Positions 44,535 to 54,084 of a DNA stretch of 64,000 bases are shown here, piece after piece (positions within the stretch are counted from its first letter, which is position 1; each line of letters begins with the position of its first letter). The stretch comes from Acidovorax sp. GTDB lineage: Bacteria > Pseudomonadota > Gammaproteobacteria > Burkholderiales > Burkholderiaceae_C. Location: NCBI RefSeq assembly GCF_046339755.1, contig NZ_JBKDTZ010000201.1, positions 1,878 to 65,877 on the forward strand. The letters run 5' to 3'. A program made the translations under genes and the position numbers. The notes under the pieces were generated by a model. The model worked only from the letters and a program-made list of their open reading frames with translations, was not told where the DNA came from and did not search any database.

Positions 44535-46882
44535 GCGTGCACTCCCCCGCGCAGGACGCCGCTCCCGGCTGGTTGTGGCGTGCAGCCGCGCTGGCCTGGC
44601 TGCTGGCGGTGCTGGCCGTGGGTGTGCACCAATGGCAGTTCTGGAAGCACGACGGCATCGACACCGACGTGATGGCCCTGCTGCCCGTGAACGAGCAGGC
44701 CCCCGACGTGGCCCTGGCCACCGAGCAACTGGTGGGCCAGATGTCGCGCCAGGTGGTGGTGCTGCTCGGCGCGGCCGAGTGGGCCGACGCGCGCGCTGCC
44801 GTGCAGGTGCTGCGCCAGTCGCTGGCCAGCGGCGCCGGCGCGCGCCTGCGCGAGGATGCGGTGGCGCAAAAGACCTCCATGGACGCCGCGCTGGGCTTCT
44901 ACCAGCCCTGGCGCGAGCGCCTGCTCACCCCGCAACAGCGCGCCATGCTGGCGGGCACGCCCGACGCCGCCCTGGTGCAAAAGGCCCTGCAGGACCTGTA
45001 CCAGCCCGCCGTGCAGGCCCGCCTGTCCGACTGGGTGGACGACCCGCTGGGCCTGTGGACCCAGTGGTGGGCCGCGCGCGGCGCGCAAAGCCAGGCCCGC
45101 CCGCGCGATGGCGAGCTGTGGGTGGCGGCCGATGGCCTGCAGTGGGCCGTGCTGCAGTACACGCTGGAGGGCTCGGCCTTCCGCCTGTCGGGCGAGCCGG
45201 TGCTTGATGGCGCCTTGCAGGCCGCGCTGGCCCAGGTGCGCGCCCAATGGCCCGGCGTCCGCATGGTCACGGCCGGCGTACCTCTGCATGCCGAGGCCGC
45301 TGCCGTGCAGGCCAACTGGGAGATCAACACCATCGGCTGGGGCTCGCTCGCCGGTGTGCTGCTGCTGGCCTGGCTGGCCTTTCGCTCGCTGCGGCCTGTG
45401 GCGCTGGTGGGGGTGTCGCTGCTGGTGGGCTGCGCGGTGGCGCTGTCGGTCACGGCGCTGCTCTTCGGGCAGATGCACCTCTTGACCCTGGTGTTCGGCG
45501 CCAGCCTGGTGGGCGTGGCCGAAGACTATGGCATCCACTACTTCGCCAGCCGCCAGGGCGCCCCCGGGCACAGCCCACACGGGCTGATGCGCGGGCTCAT
45601 GCCGGCGCTGTGGCTGGCCTTGGGCACCAGCGCCATCGCCTACCTGGCGCTCGGGGCTGCGGCCTTTCCGGGCCTGCGCCAGATGGCGGTGTTCTCGGTG
45701 GTGGGGCTGACGGCCGCCATGCTCACCGTGGTCTGCTGGTTCCCCTGGCTGGACCGGGGCCGCATGCCCGAAAGCCGCGTGGCCCGGCGCATCGGCCGGA
45801 CCCTGATGGCCTGGCCGCGCTGGCGCCAGGCGTTGCCCGGCTCGCTGGCCGTGTGTGCGGCCATGGCGCTGGCGCTGTGGCTGCTGGGTGGCCTGCGCGC
45901 ACAGGACGATGTGCGCCAGCTGCAGAACGGCTCGCCTGCCCTGGTGGCCCAGCAGCGCCTGGTGGGCGAGATGCTGGGCCTGCCCAGCCCCGCCCAGTTC
46001 TACCTGGTGCAGGGCGACACGCCCGAGCAGGTGCTGCAGCGCGAGGAAGAGCTCAAGGACAAGCTCGATGCCCTGGTCGCGCGCCAGCTGCTGGCGGGCT
46101 ACAGCGCGGTATCCGACTGGGTGCCCTCGGCCCGGCGCCAGGACAGCGATGGCGAGCTGGTGGCGCGCGCGCAGGATGCCGTCTACCAGGGCGTGAACGC
46201 CGCGCTGGGCGAAAGCTTTGCCCGGGCCGCCACGCCGGCACCCGCACCGCTCACCGTGCAGGCCTGGCTTGCGCAGCCGATTGCGACCGCCGCGCGCCCT
46301 TTGTGGCTGGGCGAGCGCGAGGGCCACTACCGCAGCCTGGTCATGCTGCGCGGCGTGGCCGACCTGCAGTCGCTGCCCGCACTGGCCGGCGCGGCCCAGG
46401 GCCTGGAGGGCGTGGCCTGGGTGGACAAGCCGGCCGAGATCTCGGCCCTGCTGCAGCGCTACCGCATCTCCATGACCGAGCTGCTGCTGCTGGGCCATGC
46501 GCTGGTGCTGGCCGCCCTGTGGCTGCGCTTTGGCCGCAAGGCCTGGCGCGCCTGGATGCCTACCGTGCTGGCCAGCCTGGTGGTGGTGGCCGTGCTCACG
46601 GCCACCGGCGCGCCCTGGCAGCTGTTCAACGTGCTGGCGCTCATGCTGCTGCTGGGCGTGGGCATCGACTACGGCATCTTCCTGCAGGAGCACGAGGACG
46701 ACCCCCATGCATGGCTGGCCGTGGTCATCGGTGCGGGCAGCACCTGGCTGTCCTTCGGGCTGCTGGGCCTGTCGGCCACGCCCGCGCTCAAGGCCTTTGG
46801 CCTCACACTCATGCTGGGCCTGCCGCTGGTGCTGGTGCGGGCGCCGCTGTTTCGCAGCACCACCGGGAACAAGGAACATTGA
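44531..46882 (+). CDS. MMPL/RND-superfamily exporter
   Basis: ATGA overlap. 783 aa with two blocks of TM helices and motifs GVAEDYGIHY / GVGIDYGIFL. Confidence 0.85.
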   Translation: MSVHSPAQDAAPGWLWRAAALAWLLAVLAVGVHQWQFWKHDGIDTDVMALLPVNEQAPDVALATEQLVGQMSRQVVVLLGAAEWADARAAVQVLRQSLASGAGARLREDAVAQKTSMDAALGFYQPWRERLLTPQQRAMLAGTPDAALVQKALQDLYQPAVQARLSDWVDDPLGLWTQWWAARGAQSQARPRDGELWVAADGLQWAVLQYTLEGSAFRLSGEPVLDGALQAALAQVRAQWPGVRMVTAGVPLHAEAAAVQANWEINTIGWGSLAGVLLLAWLAFRSLRPVALVGVSLLVGCAVALSVTALLFGQMHLLTLVFGASLVGVAEDYGIHYFASRQGAPGHSPHGLMRGLMPALWLALGTSAIAYLALGAAAFPGLRQMAVFSVVGLTAAMLTVVCWFPWLDRGRMPESRVARRIGRTLMAWPRWRQALPGSLAVCAAMALALWLLGGLRAQDDVRQLQNGSPALVAQQRLVGEMLGLPSPAQFYLVQGDTPEQVLQREEELKDKLDALVARQLLAGYSAVSDWVPSARRQDSDGELVARAQDAVYQGVNAALGESFARAATPAPAPLTVQAWLAQPIATAARPLWLGEREGHYRSLVMLRGVADLQSLPALAGAAQGLEGVAWVDKPAEISALLQRYRISMTELLLLGHALVLAALWLRFGRKAWRAWMPTVLASLVVVAVLTATGAPWQLFNVLALMLLLGVGIDYGIFLQEHEDDPHAWLAVVIGAGSTWLSFGLLGLSATPALKAFGLTLMLGLPLVLVRAPLFRSTTGNKEH

Positions 46883-48156
46883 TGGCACAACGCCGCATCG
46901 AACAGACCGAGGTATTGATCGTGGGCGCAGGCCCCTCGGGCGCCGTGGCCGCCGGCCTGCTGCGCAAGCAGGGCCGCCAGGTGCTGGTGCTGGAGAAGGA
47001 GACGTTTCCGCGCTTTTCCATCGGCGAAAGCCTGCTGCCCCAGAGCATGGCCTGCATCGAGGAGGCCGGCATGCTGCAGGACGTGGTGGAGGCGGGCTTC
47101 CAGTACAAGAACGGCGCTGCCTTTGCCAAGGGCGATTTGCGCACGGAGTTCGACTTCCGCGACAAGTTCTCGCCCGGCTGGGGCACCACCTACCAGGTGC
47201 AGCGCGGCGATTTCGACAAGGTGCTGGCCGACGCCGCCGCCAAGGCCGGTGCCGAGGTGCGCTACCGCCACACCGTGACGGCAGTGGATGTGTCGGGCGA
47301 GCAGCCCGAGGTGTCGGTCACCTCGCCCGAAGGCGAGGAGTACACCGTGCGCGCACGCTTTCTGCTTGACGCCAGCGGCTTCGCGCGCATCCTGCCGCGC
47401 CTGCTGCAACTGGAGCGCCCGTCGGACTTCCCTGTGCGGGGTGCGCTGTTCACGCACATAGGGGACGGCATCGCCCATGGCGACATGGACCGCGGCAAGA
47501 TCCTGATCTCGGTGCACCCGGCGCACCACGAGGTCTGGTTCTGGACCATCCCATTCTCCAACGGCCGTTGCTCGCAGGGCGTGGTGGCCACGCCCGAGTT
47601 CCTGGCGCGCTACCAGGGCACCGAGGTCGAGCGCCTGCGCGCCATCATCGCCGAGACGCCCAGCCTGGCCCACGTGCTGCGCAACGCCGTGTGGGACACG
47701 CCGGGCCGCTCCATCACCGGCTATGCGGCCAACGTCACCTCGCTGTGGGGCCCGGGCTATGCGCTGCTGGGCAATGCGGGCGAGTTCCTGGACCCGGTGT
47801 TCTCAAGCGGCGTGACCATTGCCGTCATGTCGGCCAGTCTGGCCGCGCGCTGCATTGATCGTGCCTGGCGCGGCGAGGCGGTGGACTGGCAGCAGGACTA
47901 CGCCGCGCCGCTGCAGGCCGGGGTCAACACCTTCCGCGCCTTCGTGCAGGGCTGGTACGACGGCAGCTTCCAGGACGTGGTTTTCCACGACCGGCACAGC
48001 AACCCCGAGATCCGCCGCATGATTGCCTCCATCCTGGCCGGCTATGCCTGGGACGCGAAGAACCCCTATGTGGCCGAGCCGCAGCGCCGCCTGCAGGTGC
48101 TGGCCGAGCTGTGCCGCAGGCAGCAGCCGCCGCAACCGAGGGGCACGCCCGCATGA
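46882..48156 (+). CDS. FAD-dependent oxidoreductase with flavin-dependent halogenase signatures
   Basis: Overlaps the upstream stop. GxGxxG (VGAGPSGAVAAG), FPRFSIGESLLP, WxWxIP (VWFWTIP) and FLDPVFSSG motifs. Confidence 0.8.
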   Translation: MAQRRIEQTEVLIVGAGPSGAVAAGLLRKQGRQVLVLEKETFPRFSIGESLLPQSMACIEEAGMLQDVVEAGFQYKNGAAFAKGDLRTEFDFRDKFSPGWGTTYQVQRGDFDKVLADAAAKAGAEVRYRHTVTAVDVSGEQPEVSVTSPEGEEYTVRARFLLDASGFARILPRLLQLERPSDFPVRGALFTHIGDGIAHGDMDRGKILISVHPAHHEVWFWTIPFSNGRCSQGVVATPEFLARYQGTEVERLRAIIAETPSLAHVLRNAVWDTPGRSITGYAANVTSLWGPGYALLGNAGEFLDPVFSSGVTIAVMSASLAARCIDRAWRGEAVDWQQDYAAPLQAGVNTFRAFVQGWYDGSFQDVVFHDRHSNPEIRRMIASILAGYAWDAKNPYVAEPQRRLQVLAELCRRQQPPQPRGTPA

Positions 48157-48737
48157 GGTTCGCCAAGGCAGGCCACCGGGCGGCCACCGTGTCGGCGCTG
48201 GCGCTGCTGGCAGGCTGTGCCTCCCTGGGCGCGCCACAGGCCGCGCGCACGCCGCCGCTGGCCCTGGCGCCCGCCGCCCTGCGCTGCGAGGTGGCGGTGC
48301 AGCAGCGCATCACGGTACAGCTGCCCGGCCGGCCGGCGCAGCAGCTCGATGCCCTGCTCGAGGTGGATGCCGAGGCCGTGCGCCTGGCCTTCTTCGTGGT
48401 GGGGCAGGGCGTGGGCCGCATGGTGTGGGACGGCTGGCAGTGGGACAAAGACCTCTCGCGCCAGTGGCCCGCGCAGCTCACGCCCGAGCAGGTGCTCAGC
48501 GATCTGCAGCTGGCCTTCTGGCCCGCGCGCGCCGTGCAGCGCGCCGTGCAGCCGCCCTGGAGTGTGGAGGCATCCTCCACCGGGCGGCGCCTGCTGCGCA
48601 ACGGCCAGGAGCAGGTGCGCGTGCAGTTCGTCGGCAGCTCGGCCGTCGAGATCGTCTACCCAGAGGGGCCCTTCACCTTGCGCGTCGAATCGCCCGGGGG
48701 CTCCCGACTGTGCGCCCCGGCGCAGGAGCCTTCGTGA
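48153..48737 (+). CDS. DUF3261-like lipoprotein
   Basis: ATGA overlap. Lipobox LLAGC. Size and position match the DUF3261 protein of aryl-polyene-type clusters. Confidence 0.65.
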   Translation: MRFAKAGHRAATVSALALLAGCASLGAPQAARTPPLALAPAALRCEVAVQQRITVQLPGRPAQQLDALLEVDAEAVRLAFFVVGQGVGRMVWDGWQWDKDLSRQWPAQLTPEQVLSDLQLAFWPARAVQRAVQPPWSVEASSTGRRLLRNGQEQVRVQFVGSSAVEIVYPEGPFTLRVESPGGSRLCAPAQEPS

Positions 48738-49933
48738 TGGCACGCCCGCATGTCTACCTGAACGCCGCCTCGGCCCACAGCGCGCTGGGGCTGGATGCGC
48801 CCTCCATGCGCGCGCAGCTGTTTACCGCCACCGACCCCGCCACCCTGCAGTGGACCGAGCGCTATTCCCCCGGCCGTGTGCTGCCCCTGGGCTGCCTGCC
48901 GGCGCATGCCGTGCTGCCCGCGCTGGACTTTGCGCCCGTGCACCAGCGATCGCGCAACAACGCGCTGGCCTGGGGTGCCGTGCAGGCGCTGCAGGGCGAT
49001 GTGGCGCAGGCCATTGCGCGACACGGCCCCACGCGTGTGGCGCTGGTGGTGGGCACCAGCACGGGCGGCATCGAAGAAGGCGAGATGGCCGCGCGCCACC
49101 TGCTGCTTGAGGGCGACTTTCCGCCCGGCTTTGCCTATGCCGTGCAGGAGATGGGCAACGTGGCCCAGTTCCTGGCGCAGCAGCTCGGTATCCGCGGGCC
49201 TGCCCACACCATTTCCACCGCCTGCTCCTCGGGCGCCAAGGCCCTGGCCTCGGCCGCGCGGCTGCTGCAGTCGGGCATGGCCGATGCGGTGCTGGCCGGC
49301 GGCGTGGATGCGCTGGCGCGCTTCACCGTGGGCGGCTTCAGCGCGCTGGAGGCCGTGTCCGACCAGCGCTGCAACCCGCTGTCTGCGAACCGCCGGGGCA
49401 TCAACCTGGGCGAGGCGGCGGCCTTCTTCGTGCTGAGCCGCGAGGCCGGCCCGGTGCGTCTGGCGGGCTGGGGCGAGTCGCAGGACGCGCACCACATGTC
49501 CGCGCCCGACCCCACGGGCCAGGGCGCGGCAGCGGCCATGCAGCAGGCGCTCGCGCGCGCCGGCATGCAGCCCGCGGCTGTTGACTACGTCAACCTGCAC
49601 GGCACGGCCACGCCGCACAACGATGCCATGGAAAGCCGCGCCGTGCAGAATGTGCTGGGCAGCGAGGTCGCTGTAAGCTCCACCAAGCCGCTCACCGGCC
49701 ACGCCCTGGCTGCGGCCGGTGCGCTGGAGGCCGCCGTGGCCTGGCATGTGCTGCACGACAATCCCGAGGGCGTGCTGCCCGTGCACTGGTGGGACGGGGT
49801 GGCCGACCCCGCCATGCCGGCCCTGGCCGCCGTGGCACCGGGCACGCGGCTGTCGCGCGCGGCCCGGGCCGTGCTGAGCAATTCCTTTGCCTTTGGCGGC
49901 AGCAACAGCAGCCTGCTGTTCGAGGCCGCCTGA
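48737..49933 (+). CDS. beta-ketoacyl-ACP synthase
   Basis: Active-site Cys in ISTACSSG. His motifs HGTATPHND and TGHALAAAG. C-terminal NSFAFGGSN. Confidence 0.9.
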   Translation: MARPHVYLNAASAHSALGLDAPSMRAQLFTATDPATLQWTERYSPGRVLPLGCLPAHAVLPALDFAPVHQRSRNNALAWGAVQALQGDVAQAIARHGPTRVALVVGTSTGGIEEGEMAARHLLLEGDFPPGFAYAVQEMGNVAQFLAQQLGIRGPAHTISTACSSGAKALASAARLLQSGMADAVLAGGVDALARFTVGGFSALEAVSDQRCNPLSANRRGINLGEAAAFFVLSREAGPVRLAGWGESQDAHHMSAPDPTGQGAAAAMQQALARAGMQPAAVDYVNLHGTATPHNDAMESRAVQNVLGSEVAVSSTKPLTGHALAAAGALEAAVAWHVLHDNPEGVLPVHWWDGVADPAMPALAAVAPGTRLSRAARAVLSNSFAFGGSNSSLLFEAA

Positions 49934-49954
49934 GGACTGACGACACACCGATCG

Positions 49955-50431
49955 ATGAGCACCACCACCGAACTGTTACCCGTAGAGAACTATGTGCCGC
50001 ACCGCGGCGCCATGCTGCTGCTGGACCGGCTGCTGGCCGCCGACGTGGACAGCGCCGTGGCCGAGGTCACGGTACCGCGCGGCGGCCTGTTCCTGCACGA
50101 TGCCGGCATGCCCTCCTGGGTGGGCATGGAGTACATGGCGCAGACCGTGGCCGCCTGGGCTGGCTGGAACGCGCTGCGCAAGTGCCAGGCGGTGAAGATC
50201 GGCTTTCTGCTGGGGTCGCGCAGGTACGAGACCACCCAGGCCTTCTTCGCCCCGGGCGCAGTGCTCCGGATCCGCGTGGACTGCGACATGATGGGCGACA
50301 ACGGACTGGGCATGTTCGACTGCCGCATCCATGGCGCGGATGAGAAGGAATTGGCATGTGCGCGCATTTCCGTCTTTGAGCCAGAGGACGGCAGCGCCTA
50401 TATTTCCCCATCCGCCGGCACGGGCGCGTGA
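49955..50431 (+). CDS. hotdog-fold 3-hydroxyacyl-ACP dehydratase-like protein
   Basis: 158 aa. ...VPHRGAMLLLDRL...MEYMAQT... pattern of the small dehydratase found next to KS/KR in these clusters. Confidence 0.7.
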   Translation: MSTTTELLPVENYVPHRGAMLLLDRLLAADVDSAVAEVTVPRGGLFLHDAGMPSWVGMEYMAQTVAAWAGWNALRKCQAVKIGFLLGSRRYETTQAFFAPGAVLRIRVDCDMMGDNGLGMFDCRIHGADEKELACARISVFEPEDGSAYISPSAGTGA

Positions 50432-50489
50432 CCGGGCGCGCCGGGCGGGCAGAAACAGAACAACACACAACAGGCAACCGACAGCGAGA

Positions 50490-51248
50490 ATGACCGAGCA
50501 GACAACGAAGACAAGCACCACAGCCACCACCGTGCTGGTGACCGGCTCCAGCCGGGGCATCGGCCGCGCCATCGCGCTGCGCCTGGCCCGCAACGGCCAC
50601 GACATCGTGGTGCACTGCCGCAGCGGCATCGAGCAGGCGCACAGCGCCGTGGCCGAGATCCAGGCCCTGGGCCGCGGTGCCCGCGTGCTGCAGTTCGACG
50701 TGGCCGACCGCGCCGCGTGCGCCGCCGCACTGGAGGCCGACATGCAAGCCCATGGCGCCTACTACGGCGTGGTCTGCAACGCCGGGATCGCCATGGACAA
50801 TGCTTTCCCCGCCATGACCGGCGAGGAATGGGACCGCGTGGTGCACACCAACCTCGACGCCTTCTACAACGTGCTGCACCCCGTGGTCATGCCCATGGTG
50901 CGCCGGCGCAAGCCCGGGCGCATCGTCACGCTGGCATCGGTCTCGGCCCTCATGGGCAACCGTGGCCAGGCCAACTACAGCGCGGCCAAGGCCGGGGTGA
51001 TCGGCGCCACCAAGTCCCTGGCCATCGAGCTGGCCAAGCGCGACATCACCGTCAACTGCGTGGCGCCGGGGTTGATCGACACCGAGATGGTGAGCGAAGA
51101 CGTGCTCAAGCACGCGCTGGAGATGATCCCCATGCGCCGCATGGGCACGGTGGACGAGGTGGCTGGCGCGGTCGCCTTCCTCATGGGGCCTGAAGCCTCG
51201 TACATCACGCGCCAGGTGATCTCGGTCAATGGGGGAATGGTCGGATGA
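50490..51248 (+). CDS. fabG: 3-oxoacyl-ACP reductase (SDR)
   Basis: TGSSRGIGRAIA cofactor motif and YSAAK catalytic motif. 252 aa. Confidence 0.9.
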   Translation: MTEQTTKTSTTATTVLVTGSSRGIGRAIALRLARNGHDIVVHCRSGIEQAHSAVAEIQALGRGARVLQFDVADRAACAAALEADMQAHGAYYGVVCNAGIAMDNAFPAMTGEEWDRVVHTNLDAFYNVLHPVVMPMVRRRKPGRIVTLASVSALMGNRGQANYSAAKAGVIGATKSLAIELAKRDITVNCVAPGLIDTEMVSEDVLKHALEMIPMRRMGTVDEVAGAVAFLMGPEASYITRQVISVNGGMVG

Positions 51249-52492
51249 GCAGTTCCCCAAGCAAACGCCGCGTGGTCATCACCGGCATCGGTGCCATCAG
51301 CCCGCTGGGCAACGACTGGGCCACGGTGTGCAGCCAACTGCGAAGCGGCCGCAACGTCATCCGCCGCATGCCCGACTGGGCGGTCTACGAGGGCTTGAAC
51401 ACGCAGTTGGCCTGCACCGCCGCACCCTTCGAGCTGCCCGCGCACTACAACCGCAAGACCATGCGCAGCATGGGCCGCGTGGCCGTGATGGCCACGCGCG
51501 CCACCGAGATCGCGCTGGAGGGCGCCGGCCTGCTGGGCGACCCCTTCGTCAAGAGCGGGCAGATGGGCATTTCGTACGGCTCATCGGCGGGCACGCCGGC
51601 TGCCATTGGCGACTTCGGCCGCATGATCGCCGGCAAGAGCACCGAGGGCATCAACGCCAACACCTACCTCAAGATGATGTCGCACACGGCGGCGGTGAAC
51701 ATCGGCGTGTTCTTCGGCGCCACGGGGCGCATCGTCACCACCTCCAGCGCCTGCACCTCGGGCAGCCAGGGCCTGGGCTACGCCTACGAGGCCATCCAGA
51801 GCGGCAAGCAGCTGGCCATGCTGGCCGGCGGGGCCGAAGAGCTCGACGCCATCCAGGCGGCAGTGTTCGACACCCTGTTCGCCACCAGCACGAAGAACGA
51901 CACGCCCGAGCTCACGCCCCGGCCCTTCGACGCGGCGCGCGACGGCCTGGTGCTGGGCGAGGGCGCCTGCACCTTCGTGCTCGAAGAACTCGGCCACGCC
52001 CAGGCGCGCGGCGTGCAGATCCTGGGCGAGATCATCGGCTTCGGCACCAACTCCGACGGCACCCACGTCACCCACCCCAACGCAGCCACCATGGCCCAGG
52101 CCATGCGCATGGCGCTCGACGACGCAGGCCTGGCGCCGGGCGACATCGGCTACATCAACGCCCATGGCACCGCCACCGACCAGGGCGACATCGCCGAGAG
52201 CCATGCCACGCACGAGGTTTTCGGCAGCAAAGTGCCCGTGAGCACCCTCAAGGGCTACATGGGCCACACCCTGGGCGCCTGCGGCGCGCTGGAGGCCTGG
52301 ATGACGCTGCAGATGATGCGCGAGGGCTGGTTCGCCCAGAACGCCAACCTCACCGAGCCCGACCCGCGCTGCGGCGCGCTGGACTACATCATGGGCCAGG
52401 CGCGCCAGCTCGATACCGACGTGGTGATGAGCAACAACTTCGCCTTTGGCGGCATCAACACGTCCTTGATTTTCAAACGATGGAGGGAGTAG
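51245..52492 (+). CDS. beta-ketoacyl-ACP synthase (FabF/FabB-like)
   Basis: ATGA overlap with fabG. SSACTSGSQG Cys motif, HGTATDQGD, GHTLGACG, NNFAFGGINT. Confidence 0.9.
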   Translation: MSSSPSKRRVVITGIGAISPLGNDWATVCSQLRSGRNVIRRMPDWAVYEGLNTQLACTAAPFELPAHYNRKTMRSMGRVAVMATRATEIALEGAGLLGDPFVKSGQMGISYGSSAGTPAAIGDFGRMIAGKSTEGINANTYLKMMSHTAAVNIGVFFGATGRIVTTSSACTSGSQGLGYAYEAIQSGKQLAMLAGGAEELDAIQAAVFDTLFATSTKNDTPELTPRPFDAARDGLVLGEGACTFVLEELGHAQARGVQILGEIIGFGTNSDGTHVTHPNAATMAQAMRMALDDAGLAPGDIGYINAHGTATDQGDIAESHATHEVFGSKVPVSTLKGYMGHTLGACGALEAWMTLQMMREGWFAQNANLTEPDPRCGALDYIMGQARQLDTDVVMSNNFAFGGINTSLIFKRWRE

Positions 52493-52497
52493 CAAAC

Positions 52498-52920
52498 ATG
52501 GGTATTCAGAAGCACATCGGCCGCGGGACCGCCCTGGCCACGGCGGCCGTGCTGGCACTGGCCCTGCACAGTGGCACGGTCCATGCGCGCGCCGAAGCAC
52601 TTGCCGACGCGCCGCAGGTCGTCTTCTCGGGCGCCTATGTGCCCACCGCGGCGCAGGTGCGCGACCGCATCATCCTGGCCGGCCAGTCGCTGGGCTGGGT
52701 CGTGACCCGCGAAGCCCCGGGCGTGGTGGAGCTGCAGTACGACAAGCAGGGCAAGCACATGGCGCACATCGCCGTACGCTATGACCATGCCGGTTACAAG
52801 ATCGACTACGTCAGCAGCTATAACCTCAACTATGCCGAAGTGGATGGCAACCGCCGCATCCACCCCAACTACAACCGCTGGATCCGCAACCTCATCCAGC
52901 GTATCAGCGGCGGCGCCTGA
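52498..52920 (+). CDS. hypothetical secreted protein
   Basis: ATG 6 bp after the KS stop. Signal TALATAAVLALALHSGTVHA. 140 aa. Confidence 0.55.
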   Translation: MGIQKHIGRGTALATAAVLALALHSGTVHARAEALADAPQVVFSGAYVPTAAQVRDRIILAGQSLGWVVTREAPGVVELQYDKQGKHMAHIAVRYDHAGYKIDYVSSYNLNYAEVDGNRRIHPNYNRWIRNLIQRISGGA

Positions 52921-53001
52921 AGCCGGCGCTGCGCCCAGGCAAGCCATTCGAAACCGCCCCTGCCGTGTGGCAGGGGCCAGCAACGCAACAGGAGAGTCCG
53001 C

Positions 53002-53430
53002 ATGAAGCAATGGGTTCTGGCGCTGGCCGCACTGTCGGCCGTGGGCGCGGTACACGCCCGCAACACGGTGCTGACGCTGCCCCTCGATGAAGTGGTGCGC
53101 ATGGGCGTGGAGCAGGGCAAGCTCGATGGCAGCGTGAAGTTCTATCTCTCAGGCGCCAAGACGCCCAAGGTCAGCGCCCGCCTGGGCGAGGACATCGCCA
53201 ACAAGAAGACCAACGGCGTGGGCAAGGACGACGCCTATGGCTGCAAGTGGGCCGCCCTGTCGGCGCTGATCGCCTTCCAGGAGTCTGCCAAACAAAAGGG
53301 CGCCAATGCCGTGGTCGACCTGCACAGCTTCTACCGGCGCGCCACCTACAAGAACGCCACCAACTACGAGTGCCATGCCGGCGCCGTCGTGATCGGTGTG
53401 ACGCTCAAGGGGACTTTCGCAAGGGTGTGA
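53002..53430 (+). CDS. small secreted protein, paralog A
   Basis: RBS GGAGAG. Signal LALAALSAVGAVHA. Shares LPL.E.V..G...GKLDGSVKFYLSGA.TP......LG......RTN.....P...C.WAALS.L...Q..AK..GANAVVDLHSF......K....FEC..G......SLKGT with 53617..54084. Confidence 0.65.
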   Translation: MKQWVLALAALSAVGAVHARNTVLTLPLDEVVRMGVEQGKLDGSVKFYLSGAKTPKVSARLGEDIANKKTNGVGKDDAYGCKWAALSALIAFQESAKQKGANAVVDLHSFYRRATYKNATNYECHAGAVVIGVTLKGTFARV

Positions 53431-53529
53431 GCACCCTGAGCCGCTTCGCGTCATCCCCCCAAGGGGGACGCCCCCGGTGCGGCGGGGCGGCCCTTGCACG
53501 GGGGCGCTTGCCTGTGCCGCGCCAGTTTC
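53431..53529. repeat. REP-like intergenic repeat (family C), copy 2
   Basis: Identical 42-bp core at 53463-53504 and flanking similarity to 20892..21017. Lies between the two small paralogous genes. Confidence 0.65.
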
Positions 53530-53616
53530 GTGGGCCGGTGCGTGGCGTGAAGTGCGCCGTGAGGAATGGCAGATGATGAAAAACTCCATGAGAAACCAAA
53601 GAGGGAAGGAAAAAGC

Positions 53617-54084
53617 ATGACCATTCAGACAACGACCGCCAGGCGGCTGCCCCTGGCACTGGCCGCAGCGGCCGCCCTGTGTGCCACCCCGCTGGCGCAG
53701 GCGCGCGACCAGTTGTCGCTGCTGCCGCTGGAGGAAGCGGTGCGGCTTGGCCTGCAGGAGGGCAAGCTCGATGGCAGCGTGAAGTTCTACCTGTCTGGCG
53801 CACCCACGCCCGAGCTGCTGGGCGCCCCGCTGGGCCAGGAGCATGTCAACCGCCGCACCAACAACCCCGGCAAGGAGCCCGTGTTTGCCTGCCACTGGGC
53901 AGCACTGTCCGGCCTCATGACCCTGCAGGACAACGCCAAGGCCCGGGGCGCCAATGCCGTGGTCGACCTGCACAGCTTCTTCAAGGAAAAGACCTTCAAG
54001 GACCCGGTCAACTTCGAGTGCTACCGGGGCTCCATGCTCACCGGCGTGTCCCTGAAGGGCACCTACGTGCGCACGGCACCGTGA
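53617..54084 (+). CDS. small secreted protein, paralog B
   Basis: ATG at 53617. Signal RRLPLALAAAAALCATPLAQA. Paralog of 53002..53430. Confidence 0.65.
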   Translation: MTIQTTTARRLPLALAAAAALCATPLAQARDQLSLLPLEEAVRLGLQEGKLDGSVKFYLSGAPTPELLGAPLGQEHVNRRTNNPGKEPVFACHWAALSGLMTLQDNAKARGANAVVDLHSFFKEKTFKDPVNFECYRGSMLTGVSLKGTYVRTAP

